The translations under genes and the position numbers were made by a program. A stretch of DNA of 64,000 nucleotides from Ostrea edulis (lineage: Eukaryota). Of the stretch, positions 10,148 to 22,269 are shown piece after piece. The notes below the pieces were generated by a model. The model was given only the letters and a program-made list of their open reading frames with translations, made no database searches and was not told where the DNA came from. Numbering within the stretch: the stretch's first letter is position 1; every line of letters begins with the position of its first letter. The stretch spans positions 10,354,001 to 10,418,000 of the forward strand of contig NC_079164.1 of the NCBI RefSeq assembly GCF_947568905.1. Reading direction: 5' to 3'.

Positions 10148-10532
10148 TTAAGTTTGGTTTACTAACAAAACCTTGCCCTGTCCACACAGGTTGAGTCGAG
10201 TAGGGATAAGGTGGCACAGAATACATGGGATGAGGAAATCTAGCTGGCCACCTAGACCGATAAAACGTCTCCCTACGATTACCCGAAGGAAAACTCTCAG
10301 GGCGAGAACTAGCCACCGGACTACCAGGAGGTCGCGTAATAGTAGATGTAGCTCTAATTTGACCTACCGAAGTAACCGGGGTAGAAGGAATTCCTGGAGA
10401 ATCCATGACATTCCCATAAGAAAGAAAAGGGTCAGATTCCATGGGACCAAAACTTCTAGAGTCAACAGAGTCCCAATACTCTCCCTCTACAGCAATAAAA
10501 GGTAATTTAACATTTTCACCTTCATTCGCCAT
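10146..10532 (-). CDS. DIRS ORF1 (gag-like), 5' part, 129 aa
   Basis: MANEGENVK…FVSKPNLM; KPNLM is encoded by the duplicated target site; the reconstituted ORF1 is 561 aa. Confidence 0.88.
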
Positions 10533-11259
10533 AATGCTTAATAATGTAATAAAGTAATATCAACAAATACCATGCAATACTTAGCCAAAATAGCAAGTAG
10601 AAAAAATTCTTTTCCTCCTCGAGAAAAACGTGACTGCACTCCACAACGGCGGAAAAGAAAAGATGATACCGGATGTTGGTTTCTGAGCATGTCAGAGGTG
10701 GCGGGTCACAAAAGGTGCTTTTTTATTACATGGTTTTTTTCCGATACAAGACTGCAAGCAGGTGAATATCTAAATTTATAAAGGTAACGTATTTATTGTG
10801 ATAAATATATGGAACTACCAATTACCGGTGTGATACCTTTACACATTAGACGATCGATCCCGATGCCGACATATTTTGTAGAATATTAAATATACCTTTC
10901 TGTCTGCAGAATGTGTATTGATACAGTAGTTCATATTTTTAAAATTATTTTTACTACCCCCACCCCACCCCACCCTTTCAAATTTCCCGTATCCCGTACT
11001 CGTTTACCGAACTGGCAATGCATCAAATTCACTCATGGATGCCATCGTATTACAACCGAGATCTATGTCGAATGCGCGAGGAGTTCCGATTGCCCATTTA
11101 GCCTCGACTTTTTTTCTCTTTCAAATCAAATAACTATAAACAATAATACATCTCGTTTGCAATTTAAAAGCCAGTTAAAACTAAACAAAACTAACCAACA
11201 AATTTAACGTGGTAAAAACGTAAGCATGAATATATCGTCTATTTTTATTTAAAGAAACT

Positions 11260-11460
11260 CGTGAGTTCGTTCATCTATTTAGTCGTATTACTCTTTTCCT
11301 ATTTGATGATTATCTAAAACTGTAACAGTAATAATTATCCCATTCATTTTTAACAAACTAAGTGTTTGAATTACAAATTGCACGTCAGTCTTGTATTTTT
11401 GGCATTCCAAACTGAATACTAGCGAACAAAAAAATATGGCGTCGCCCATATGGATTACAA
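11260..11460 (+). repeat. Dispersed repeat, second copy at ~52912-53120
   Basis: Shared TTCATCTATTTAGTCGTATTACT…AATATGGCG(T/G)CGCCCATATGGAT with scattered differences. Confidence 0.8.
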
Positions 11461-11591
11461 CATTTTTAGTGAACGTTTGTAGAGATTATCTCTATTCCTT
11501 TGCTGATTTTCTCAATTTTTCTTTTACATACGTGTTACCTTTAGAGCTTTACTTCGCGGACGGCCCTTCGGCCCGTCCGAACCTTGCTCGG

Positions 11592-11838
11592 TATAAGCAA
11601 TACAAAATAGAGAGTTGGGCAAACACGGCCGTATCCCTGGATATATCAGAGGTGGGATCAGGTGCCTAGGAGGAGTAAGCATCCCCTGTCGACCAGTCAC
11701 ACCCACCGTGGGCCCTATATCTTGATCAGATAAACGGAGTTATTCGTATTAAAAATCAGTGTGCCAAGAACGGCCTAACAATCGGTATGAAACACGTCAT
11801 ACAGCATTTTAACCCAATGCTAGGTTGTTTTGGCAAAC
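11592..11838 (-). mobile_element. Penelope-like (Naiad-like) 3'-end fragment
   Basis: Shared 3' module GGGGATGCTTACTCCTCCTAGGCACCTGATCCCACCTCTG, found attached to PLE RT at 58125-58962. Confidence 0.8.
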
Positions 11839-12632
11839 CTATAATGTGAGAAAAGTAAGTTGACTATATTAAACCAAATCTGTATCACTATTAATGCTGT
11901 ATTACTTACAGTCTAAGTATGTAAATTCTTTAACATAAACTCTCACTAAATTTTTCGTGTCGCAATATTTCATCTTCCGAAAGTGAAGAGTTCCTGTGGG
12001 GTTTAAAAAAATCTAAATTAGCGATATACCAGTAGGTATGTGAAGATACTTTGGATCAGTCGTTTCATAAAACAGACTATAGGAACTCTTCAATTGTAGG
12101 AGATAAAATATTGTGTCGGAATTCACCATTTGAACGGAAAAAGTGACTGAGTGTTTTCATTTTGGGATTTTCATACATACGCGGCAAGCAATGCAAACTT
12201 AACTGATAGAGCGTTAGTTTAACAGTCAAATCACTTATTTGAAGCGAACACCTTTAAAAGTGCACACCAATTGCTAGAACCAACCGGAGCTGAAATTGAA
12301 TTTCCAGACATGAATTATGAAGGACTGTTCCGAGATTTAGTGAAGGCCTCAGTCCCAGTATTCAGCCAAGCCGAATCTCTCGCGAGATTAGGTGATGTAC
12401 AACAGGGACCTCCAAATCTCATTATATGTTTATATCATATCATGATTCATCTTACCGACAATATATACCATGTTTTATCTTGTATCTATAATTCATATCA
12501 TGTTTTATCTTACCAATAATTTCGTTTAAATGTCAGCACTTCGCATATTATATGAACGCGATAATGATCTAATTTGTTAGTACAAGTTATCACTGGCGTG
12601 AATGCTGTCTGACGTGTAATTGTTAGGACTTT

Positions 12633-13149
12633 TGGACTAATGTATACAGAGTGGAAAAACAAATTGTAAGTAAATATAATTGTACAGATCAGTTTGAAAA
12701 GAAATGGAAATTATGTGAAACATTAGCTCAAGCATAACGTAAACTATGTTAAAACAAAAATATCCTAAAATGCTTCTTTTTTAATATTATATACATTTGT
12801 TAGAATTTTTATTTTTCTTCGTACATGTACGAGGTGAAGTAAATGTATATTCAATCAATAAGTGTGTTTAAAGTAGTATTTTAATAAATAACAACCTTGG
12901 TATTACATCATATATCTGATTGTTAATTATTATAGTATGATATTTATAAACTCAGCCAGAGTACATTGTCAATTTTTTCTACTTTCTTTACTTCTAGCCT
13001 TCGTTTAGTATGAATGTCTGTACGTGTGAATGTGTGAGCGAAAGAGTTAGAATTCTTAAAACCCTGTACCCCCTGGTCAGGTTGGGTTGTAAGGGTTTTG
13101 TAAAAGCCTGACTATATACCTGAATAAATGTTGTTAAAACTGAAAAAAA
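12633..13149 (+). mobile_element. Heavily 5'-truncated L1/Tx1-like LINE 3' end
   Basis: Reads VEKQIVSKYNCTDQFEKKWKL (ORF2 C-terminus type); AATAAA then A8; 8-bp TSD AGGACTTT at 12625-12632 and 13150-13157. Confidence 0.7.
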
Positions 13150-13169
13150 AGGACTTTAGGACCATTGAA

Positions 13170-13575
13170 GGGTCTGTACTGTCAGCATGTCTCGATTTAG
13201 AAATTGATCATAAACAAACTCTCGTGTATCGAATAAGTTGAGAGACATAAACACCATATGCAGTTGATAATGGGATATTGATACACAAATATGGGAAGTT
13301 GATGGAGAAACTTAAGTCTTCTTGTTTGTCATAAAGTTGTAGGGTGGTTTGTTTGTTTGTTTGTTGTTGTTTTTTTTTGGGGGGGGGTTTTAGCCGTTGA
13401 CAGCGATGTTCTATAAAAATATCCAAATATGAAGCAGATATGGAAGACAAGGTGGTGTCTTTTATTTCGAGTTCATTGGAATATCTCGAATCGACATATG
13501 AATGAAAATGAGTATTGTTAATAGACAAAAAGAAAGTCGCTGCGAGATGAGGACCACAGCAAGAGATTTTTTCAA
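13170..13575 (-). mobile_element. Degenerate Penelope-like RT fragment
   Basis: ELEIKDTT…SASYLD…LYDK…NFPYLC.NIP…YGVYVSQLIRY. Confidence 0.85.
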
Positions 13576-14100
13576 CTAGCGTACATATTGGCCAAAATTG
13601 GCCGCTGTTTCAAAAGCCGATCATATTTTGCAGATAGAAAGGTGATAATTTTCTCGTTTCATTCATCTATAACATGTACCATTTACTTGTTGCGGATATT
13701 GAGATAATAAGGTAACAATATTGCATTGTTAACTCTGACGCTGTCTTCCGACGGTCGCTTTTTCGGAACAACGTCATCGACCTAATAGGATTTACAGTCC
13801 CCCGATTCTTTTAAATATTTTTCTCAAAGTTACAATTTTAACTTTTTATATAAAAATACTCATTGAGATCAAAGACTATTAAAACTGGCATGCTATGGGA
13901 AATATATTATGCATTTACATGTAACTTTATCGTGTTCATAGACATTTTGCGGAAGAATCTTTTGTTAATTAGAGTGAGAGAAAAAATGCGTGTATTTGAC
14001 AAAAATTGTTGAGTAGAACACAATCATATTTTCGAAGGCACTGTTTGATGTCCACCTATTCAAATGAATTATGGAAAATAAAATGGCTCTTGAATTTTCA

Positions 14101-14134
<34 letters not shown>

Positions 14135-15083
14135 ATTTTCTGATCACCCGTATTCCGGCGTCCGTCCGTCCGTCTGTCCGTCCGTCTGTCCGTCTGTAAA
14201 CTTTTCACATTTTCAATTTCTTCTCAACAACCACTGGGCCAATTTCAACCAAAGTTGGCACAAAGCATCCTTAGGTAAAGGGAATTCTAAATTGTTAAAA
14301 TAAAGGGCCAGGCCACCTTCCAAGGGGAGATAATCAAGAAAAGGTAAAAATAGGGTAGGGTCATTAAAAAATCTTCTTCTCAAGAACCACAGGGCCAGAA
14401 AAAATGAAATTTATAGATAAGCTTTATTAGGTAGTGCAGATTCTAAATTGTTAAAATCATGGCCCCCAGGGGTCGGATGGGGCCACAATAGGGGATCAAA
14501 GTTTTACATACAAATATATAGGGAAAATCTTTAAAAATCTTCTTCTCAAGAACCACTGAGCCAGAAAAGCTGAGATTTATATGAAAGCTTCCTTATATAA
14601 TGCAGATTCTAAATTGTTAAAATCATGGCCCCGGGGGGTCGGATGGGGCCACAATAGGGGATCAAAGTTTTACATACAAATATATAGGGAAAATCTTTTA
14701 AAATCTTCTTCTCAAGAACCACTGAGCCAGAAAAGCTGAGATTTATATGAAAGCTTCCTTATATAATGCAGATTCTAAATTGTTAAAGTCATGCCCCCTT
14801 GGGGTAGGATGGGGCCACAATAGGGGATCAAAGTTTTACATACAAATATATAGGGAAAATCTTTAAAAATCTTCTTCTCAAGAACCATTGGGCCAAAGAA
14901 GTTCACATTTACATGAAAGCTTTCTGACATAGTGTAGATTCAAGTTTGCAAAAACCATGGCCTTCAGGGGTAGGTTTGGGGCCATAATAGGGACTACGGT
15001 TTTACATGCAAATAGATATGGAAAATCTTCTGATATTGACCAAGGTGACTCAGGTGAGCGATGTGGCCCATGGACCTCTTGTT
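14101..15083 (+). mobile_element. HINE/Helentron-type non-autonomous element carrying ~4.5 copies of a ~167-bp HindIII-type satellite
   Basis: Subterminal inverted repeats GCTCACCTGAG and CTCAGGTGAGC, (GTCC/GTCT)n tract, tandem ~167-bp units containing AAGCTT, 3' palindrome then CTCTTGTT, poly-T flanks. Confidence 0.88.
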
Positions 15084-15092
15084 TTAATTTTA

Positions 15093-15822
15093 TTTTTAGA
15101 CGAGTTGCAACGAAGTTGAACTCGGCTATTGGTTTGGTGATGCGGGCGAGCGGGCGTCAACAATTGGTTTCCGGATGATAACTCAAAAAGTTTACAAATT
15201 CAATCTAATCAAATGAAACTTTGATATATTGTTGGGTACCAGGTAAGGAAGACCCCTATTAATTTTGGAGAAAAATGGTCAAAGGTCAAGGTGACCGAAA
15301 ATAGAATGAAAATTTCAGAAAAAAATGGTTTCCGGATGATAACTCAGAAAGTTTAAATCCGAATCAAATGATACTTAAAGATATTGTTATGTACCAGGTA
15401 AGAAAGACCCATATTGATTTTGGAGAAAATAGGTCAAAGGTCAAGGTCACAGTGACCGAAAATAGATTTAAAATTTATAAAAAAATTGGTTTCCGGAGGA
15501 AAACTCGAAATTTTTTAATTTGAATCAAATGAAACTTGGATATATTGTTGGATACCAGCAAAGCAAGGCCCCTATTGATTTTGGAGAAAAAAGTTCAAGG
15601 TCACAGTGACCGAAAATAGATTGAAAACTTCAGACAAATATGGTTTCTGGACAGTAACTCGAAAAGTTTAACTTCAAACTCCTTTTAAAAATGTATTCAC
15701 AAGAATTTATTACATTATATCCAACAATTAGTTCTTCACAATTATAAATATGCGACATCATTCCTGACTTTACAATGTATCCCATGCAACTCGGCTCATG
15801 CACCCCTGGGTGCATATATTGA
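15093..15822 (+). mobile_element. Second HINE-like element with ~150-bp internal tandem repeats
   Basis: GAGTTGCA and TGCAACTC inverted pair, ~3 units GGTTTCCGGATGATAACTC…GGTCAAAGGTCAAGGTCA, 3' hairpin ATGCACCC-CTG-GGTGCAT. Confidence 0.7.
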
Positions 15823-16218
15823 TTTTTATTTTTTTTTTGGTCTTAAATATAAACACTTCGATTAAAAACGTCGATTGAGTCGGATAAAATTACTTGTTAT
15901 GCCATGTACACCAAGGACTATATAACAGGTCTGCTCACATGTGTATGCAATATACATGTTACTGTACATACGAATAAAATATGTTTGCCTGCTGTGGGTA
16001 TTTACAAAATATATTGAATAGAGCGTGGTACATGTACTAAACGATACAAATTTATGTTGCATGAATGGGATATCATTTTCGTGGGTACAGCAAAACACGT
16101 CAAGTAATATGCATGTAACTTCAGATGGTATATTTCATACAGCAAATGTATTTAAAAACCTAACGAAAATGTGTCCGTGTTTATATCTTTACATTCCCCT
16201 AAATCGTCAACAAAGAGT

Positions 16219-16221
<3 letters not shown>

Positions 16222-16268
<47 letters not shown>
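16222..16268. repeat. (CT)n microsatellite
   Basis: Directly visible. Confidence 0.95.
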
Positions 16269-16270
<2 letters not shown>

Positions 16271-18075
16271 ATATAGTGTTCATCTTTGATAAATGAAAAT
16301 TACATCAGTCGGCATGTCATTGCATACACCGACATTCAGTCTAAATCTAGCATTGCTTAGTTTTACTGATGTAAACACGTCAAATGTGTATGTATATATC
16401 CGGAACAGGTATCAGTTATTCTTCAAATGGACTCTGGGAAGTTCATTGAGTACGTGTATAGACAATGTGGTATATTTAACTGCTTTTCCAAGGCCCTTAG
16501 AATCGTAAGGAGGGGGGGGGGGGGTCCCATTTTATTTTGTCAATGATCAATAGCTCTTATTTTCATAAGCGAATGCAGATATATTGGGTGATCCCCCACT
16601 CTTTTTTTTTTATAGTAGTTTTGAATGAGAAAAGTGTAAACTTGAAAGTATTGAATTGGATGAGCGCTCGCCTCCTCCTCCTTGTGATCATGATTTGTTA
16701 TTTTCATATGCGAATAAGGATATATTGAGTGAAACACCTCCATATTTTTGATATAGTAGTATTGCATGAGAAAAAAGAATAGGCAGGCTTAAAACTATGA
16801 ATTTAACCCATGTAGCGAAGGATGACCCCCCCCCCCCCCCCCCCCCCCCCAACGATTTAAGAATTCGAAGAAAGGTGGGTTTTTTTTCTTTTGCTAATTA
16901 ACTACCAACTTATCCTTCGACACACCCCCCCCCCCCCGAAAAATGATGCTACTTGTCTCCAAGAGACAGTATATGTAACTACAAGAGACCTTTTTCAAAA
17001 ATGAATTTAATAAATATCATGCATGTATTTTCGTTTTTCAATGCGCGGGCCAGGCCTATCCAGAACACCTTGACATGAGAGAGAGAGAGAGAGAGAGAGA
17101 GAGTCAATCTGTCTACTACGTCACCTTACGCTTACCCCAGTTTTCCTACGTCAATACTAATATAAACTTTTAGTAATAATCTTCACAACACATATATTAT
17201 ATATTTTTATAAGATTGGTAAAAGTTGGAGTGTCATTAGACTGGTCAAGTTGTTCCCATAGCAAGGAAATGGTCGACATCAGACCCCCCCCCCCCCCCCC
17301 CAAAAAAAATGGAGGGCAACAGCAATGGTCGAAGTTTCGAATCAATCACAGGTGCTCGACGTTTAGACATATATAATGATTTGCTGTTATTTTAATTTTC
17401 AAAAAATGTTTTAAGAACCTTTGGAATCAATATCTAATTACTAATGTAGTAATATCTTACTTCAACACGTACCATATACATACATGCATGTATGTTAAAA
17501 TTGATGTAAGAAAACTGCGTTTAAAAAAAACAAACAACCAGCACAAACACGTCAATATCAGCAATAAGTTGTATGTATTATATTTGATACACTTGTATTA
17601 AAGATATATAGTTTAAAATTTAGCGAAAGAAGTAACAGACATTCCAACTATCTACCTCCTGAGATATAACGTATCAGTACTCGTTTTTGCTGAAAATGAA
17701 CGAATTTGGTCCGATTTTTGTAAAAAGAATATAAATTCGAGTTATTGATGGTCTATGACTGTCTTTGATTTGATTTTTTAAAATTCTATTTATTCTTAAA
17801 TAATTTTATTTTGAAAAGACAGGACGTCCGAACATATATTCCCGTGACCTTTAAAAACGAAAGTAAAATAATTTCCATTCATCATGCTGTTGATTTTGAT
17901 CCACCTCCATGACTCGAAAGGCAGACATCATCTGCATTTATTATGTGCAGATTTTTATGGCAAACTAGGTACAGTATTTTAAAATTGTTTGAATGCACAT
18001 ACTTATTAAATTGCAAAGTAAGTAAAAGTTTATGAGGTTAAATGATAGAACGGTTTACTTCATGATCAGTTCTAA

Positions 18076-18432
18076 AACATGCAAAATATTGACTTTGCGT
18101 ATCGAAAACAGCCGATTTCCGCATTCATCCTTTTTTAAAATTCATATTGTTTGCAGCCAAAAACTGAAACCATATTGATAACGAAAGAAGAATATCAATG
18201 GATAATTAAACATGCAAAATATAAATCTGGTTGTTGCATGCAAAGTTTTTTTTTTCCAGTTCTATAACATGCAAAATATTGCCTTTGCGTATCGAAAACA
18301 GTCGATTTCCACATTCCTTCTTTTTTAAAATTCATATTGTTTGCAGCAAACAACTGACACCATATTGATAATGAAAGAAGAATATCAACGGATAATTAAA
18401 CATGCAAAATATAAATTTGGTTGTTGCATGCA
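18076..18432. repeat. ~190-bp tandem duplication
   Basis: AACATGCAAAATATTG.CTTTGCGTATCGAAAACAG… at ~18076 and ~18266. Confidence 0.85.
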
Positions 18433-18883
18433 AAAGTATATTATTTTTGTTTTTGCTAAAGTTTAATCATAATTTAATTCAGATCAACAGATTCCGCTAA
18501 ACAACTCATCTTTAGCGTATATTCATGACTTCACAATAAAATATTACGTCATTTTCATGTAAGTGGGATTAGGACAACATCCTAGTTGTGTAAATAAAAA
18601 GAATAATTTTAAAAGCATAGCATGAAAGTTGAAAAAATGAAAAAAATCTCGGTGGTATATAGCCAATAACGTCCCTTGTTCTTTCGGGATAGGTTTACGG
18701 CTGCTGCGACTATGGCGAGGCAAACGACTGACGTCATGACAGGCCCATTTGTCGTAGAACAGTATCCAGAACATTGAAACGCAATGGGATCCACTGCAGA
18801 AACCATGGCTCGCTATGTCCCTGGATCTCAACCCGATTTAACATTATTCAGTAGGACTAGCTAAATAGACGTATGCTCAACCT

Positions 18884-18963
18884 CAATCTGATTAAAATAC
18901 AGATCTCTCAACTAGCGCACATGCGCTGTGTGCATTTAAGAGATCTGTATTTTAATCAGATTG
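18884..18963. repeat. Perfect 25-bp inverted repeat with 30-nt spacer
   Basis: CAATCTGATTAAAATACAGATCTCT at 18884-18908 and its reverse complement at 18939-18963. Confidence 0.9.
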
Positions 18964-20748
18964 GCTCTGCCTCAGAATCCGCAAGAAATTTGAAGGCAAT
19001 TGTTGGAAGAATGGCAGAACATTCTCCATTGGACCATTCGGAGTGTCTGTCAGTCAAAGACACGTCGACTGCGCGCTGTTATCATACCCGGTATTGGTGA
19101 CCAAAACCACATTTTTGACGCGCCCCTCTTGATTTCATTTCACATGTACCGGTAACCTCTCGGAGAATAACATGACATTTTAAATGAATGGATATAACAA
19201 TTTGATCATAAAAATGTACATATCACTGGTATTTGTTTAATGAATTAATAAAATTACCCCCTATTGCGTTTTTAAAGTCATTCACTGTCATCGCCGGGCT
19301 TGCTATACGGCATGCACAAACCGATCCGTCATAACCAATACTGCATGTAACCACACACTAGGTACTAGGAACCAATGGTAACAAACTCTGCCACCCGTTG
19401 CAGTAACCTTTGTGTACTGGGCTATTGTGTAACTCTGGACACACAATACATCCATTGTCTTCCTTCTGAAGCACGAGCTGGGGGTATCTGTAGGCCTAGG
19501 CCTATTTGCACTGTCAACAATCACTTACAAATTATAGCTATGTACATGTATAGCTATTTTTGTAATTTTAAATAACAAGTAAAACGTAACTTTTAAATTT
19601 ACCTTATTTCAAATCCTGAAACTAATATAAATGAGATTATTTAGCTGTAAAGATATCTGAAGATTACACACTAATTGATTTAAAAGGTTTAGAAGATGGA
19701 TTTGTCAAGTTGTGTCCTAACGCATTCCACAGAACATGTAATTTTTTTTATATGATATACTTTATGAAAGGACAACACCTGAATTAGAAATGTATAGTGA
19801 CGGCTTGAGTCTTGAATTTCATCAGAAAAAGAAGTTAAAACAAATACAAAATTATATTATAGAATAAATAAAAAGATAACACCCGGGTCACCCCCTAAAC
19901 AAGAAAAGAAAAATCCCCCCCCCCCAATCCCAATAATTAAAACGGGGAAAAAACCCTGATATTTATTGACCACTGAGTTGAAAATTATTTATTATAGAAC
20001 GTTAACAAGAAGAATGCAGTATGCAACTTTTATACAAGTGCTTTTGAGTATTACATGTTTTTTTTATGAAGCATACGCAAATTTATTGATAACAAGGAGA
20101 GCTTACTCTGGGGTTTTAAAATGAAAATCTCTCTTCATAAAAACTTCCAGGTTATCTCTCTTGCCTTGTGGACGCTAGGAGCGACGTTCCCAACACTTGA
20201 ATGTTGAGGTGGAGCTTTACACCAAAAGTTTAGTTACTGGTGCGTTGGAGAATTTCACATGGAGTATGATTTCATCATTAAAAGATAAAAGCTCTCAGTT
20301 ATTTCATATGAACTTTTTTGTGCTTTTTCTGGAATAATTAACAAAACAAATGTTTTGTTTGCAAATTAGAGATTTTGAAATCTAAATTTTGTCGTGATTT
20401 GATGCATGATTTAAATATCTAATGAAATATGTTAAAAAGACTCGTAGAGACGTTCTACTTCTCTTTTAAGATAAGATAATATTGATGAAAATTCAATGTT
20501 ATTTGTTAATTAATATTTTCAAATCTAATATGCACAGTTTAACTTTTCAAGAAATATATCAATTGGAAAATATACATTATGAAAACGTGTTTAAAAAGAA
20601 TATATTGAAATCAATGAACAACTTTCATTGCTTTTTTCTTAACTTTAAACCAAACCTGATGAGAAAGTACCCATCCCGATCAAAACAGAAATCAGTTATA
20701 GAAAAGTGTAGAAAACGAACATTGACCAAAGTAATAAACCCCTTAAAG

Positions 20749-21110
20749 AATACAAAATTGACAGTTGGGCAGACACCAGAGGGGGTTCAGGTGCATAAGA
20801 GGAGTAAGCGTTGCTTGTTGACCGGTCACACCCGCCGTGAGCCCTATATCTTGATCAGGTAAGCGGAGTAATCCCTAGTGTAGTAAAATCATATTAATTG
20901 GAATGAAACACATCAAACAGCATTCGACCAAATGAAAGGTTGTATTTGTACATTAGATCGTTATAACGCCAAGGGAATTTGCCAAATGCTGCCCTTGAAC
21001 GACTGTTAAAACCCCTTAATAACTTTAATTTATTTGTCAGTAGCTATCTCTGTTTAAGAAGTGATCGTGAAAATGCTCTCGCTTATCAAGTCAGTTGGGA
21101 GACATGTAGA
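20749..21110 (-). mobile_element. Degenerate Penelope-like 3' fragment
   Basis: GGAGTAAGC…ACCGGTCACACCCGCCGTGAGCCCTATATCTTGATCAG module. Confidence 0.8.
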
Positions 21111-21125
21111 TGATATAAAGCATTT

Positions 21126-21235
21126 CATGTTATGTAGGGTAACACTTGAAAAAAACTATTGTTGACCTAGGTGAAGCCAAGGTCACCAATGGTTTTCAAG
21201 GGATGATAATTTCACATGTTATCCTACAAAACATG
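21126..21235. repeat. Nested imperfect palindrome (head of a non-autonomous element)
   Basis: Outer CATGTTATGTAGGGTAAC / GTTATCCTACAAAACATG; inner CTTGAAAA…TTGACC-TAGGTGAAGCCAA-GGTCACCAA…TTTTCAAG. Confidence 0.7.
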
Positions 21236-21845
21236 TAATATTATATTTTTTGTTGCTGTATCACATGTTATCCTAAAAACCATGTAATATTATTTTTGCT
21301 ATACTGTTTTAATAATGTGGTGAACCGTACACGCAAACTTTATGCGCAGTTAACAATTTTTATTTTGTTACCCGTCGTCATGCATTGTCAACCGTTGCTA
21401 TGTACTGTTACCCGGAGGGCAATATTTATGTACCCAGTGGAGTAACAGTCATTTTCAGCGAATGCTTCTAAACCAATCAGATACATTTAATTTACATGAA
21501 AGTATAACAATGCAATTTTGCTGTATATTGAAAATTGACAATAGAGATACTGAAGTCGTATACCGTTTGTCATCAATATGAATTGTTAGTTTGCTGTTAA
21601 TGTCTATTTTCAATAACATTATACAGGAATTGACTGGGTTGGAGTAAAACAGCTGTTTTGTTTGATCCGTTATCGGGTCAAACAAAACAGCTATTGTCTG
21701 AGGACACAGTCTATAACTGATTTGTTATACACATTCATTTTTTAAAGGTTGTTTTTACGAGATGCACATGGTGTCTCGACTTCGAACTTTTAACAAGAGA
21801 GTGTAATTGCGTACGTCTATCAACTAGTTTCAAAGAAAGCATACC

Positions 21846-21946
21846 CAATATCCGAATTAATAATCAATATCCGAATTAATAATCAATATCCGAATTAATA
21901 ATCAATATCCGAATTAATAATCAATATCTGAATTAATAATCAATAT
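21846..21946. repeat. 19-bp minisatellite, 5 copies
   Basis: CAATATCCGAATTAATAAT units. Confidence 0.95.
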
Positions 21947-22269
21947 TGCATTTTTCATATTCCTGCTTAGCGTTTCATCTAATAAATTCTGTATTTCATC
22001 ATCAGTTAAATAACTGAACCTCGCCATTACGTAAAGCAACAGGCTGAGAATCACGTGACTTGCTTAGCCAATGGAAATATAGCAGACTATTGCCCAGTCA
22101 ACAGTTCGTAAACTGCTGATCGGTCAATATACATGAGTGTGAGAGTTGGTTTAACAGTTCAAATGTTGGTTCTAAAACGTATTAGTTTTATATAAGAAAG
22201 AAAATGAAGGTGTATAACAAATGCAGATATGACGCAGGTGTGTCTAATGTTTTTGTTGAATGTTGGTGA

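Larger units (their letters stand above)
1080..10805 (-). mobile_element. Full-length DIRS1-like tyrosine-recombinase retrotransposon, interrupted by a nested LINE
   Basis: 127-bp inverted terminal repeats 1127-1253 and 10661-10787 (1 mismatch); ICR at ~1316-1412 reproduces the joined termini (…TAGAA-TTT-ATCAC…); both ends carry the TTT/AAA trinucleotide, no TSD; ORF1, RT-RNaseH-MT and YR frames in DIRS order. Confidence 0.97.

Noticed and set aside
11524-11706. Recurring small ORFs with GMLTPPRHLIPPL (also 55282-55467)
   Set aside because: Translations of the non-coding PLE 3' module
19270-19500. Sushi/CCP-like Cys pattern on the minus strand (CIVCPELH…CVVTCSIGYDG)
   Set aside because: In-frame stop, no clear splice boundaries, similarity too weak
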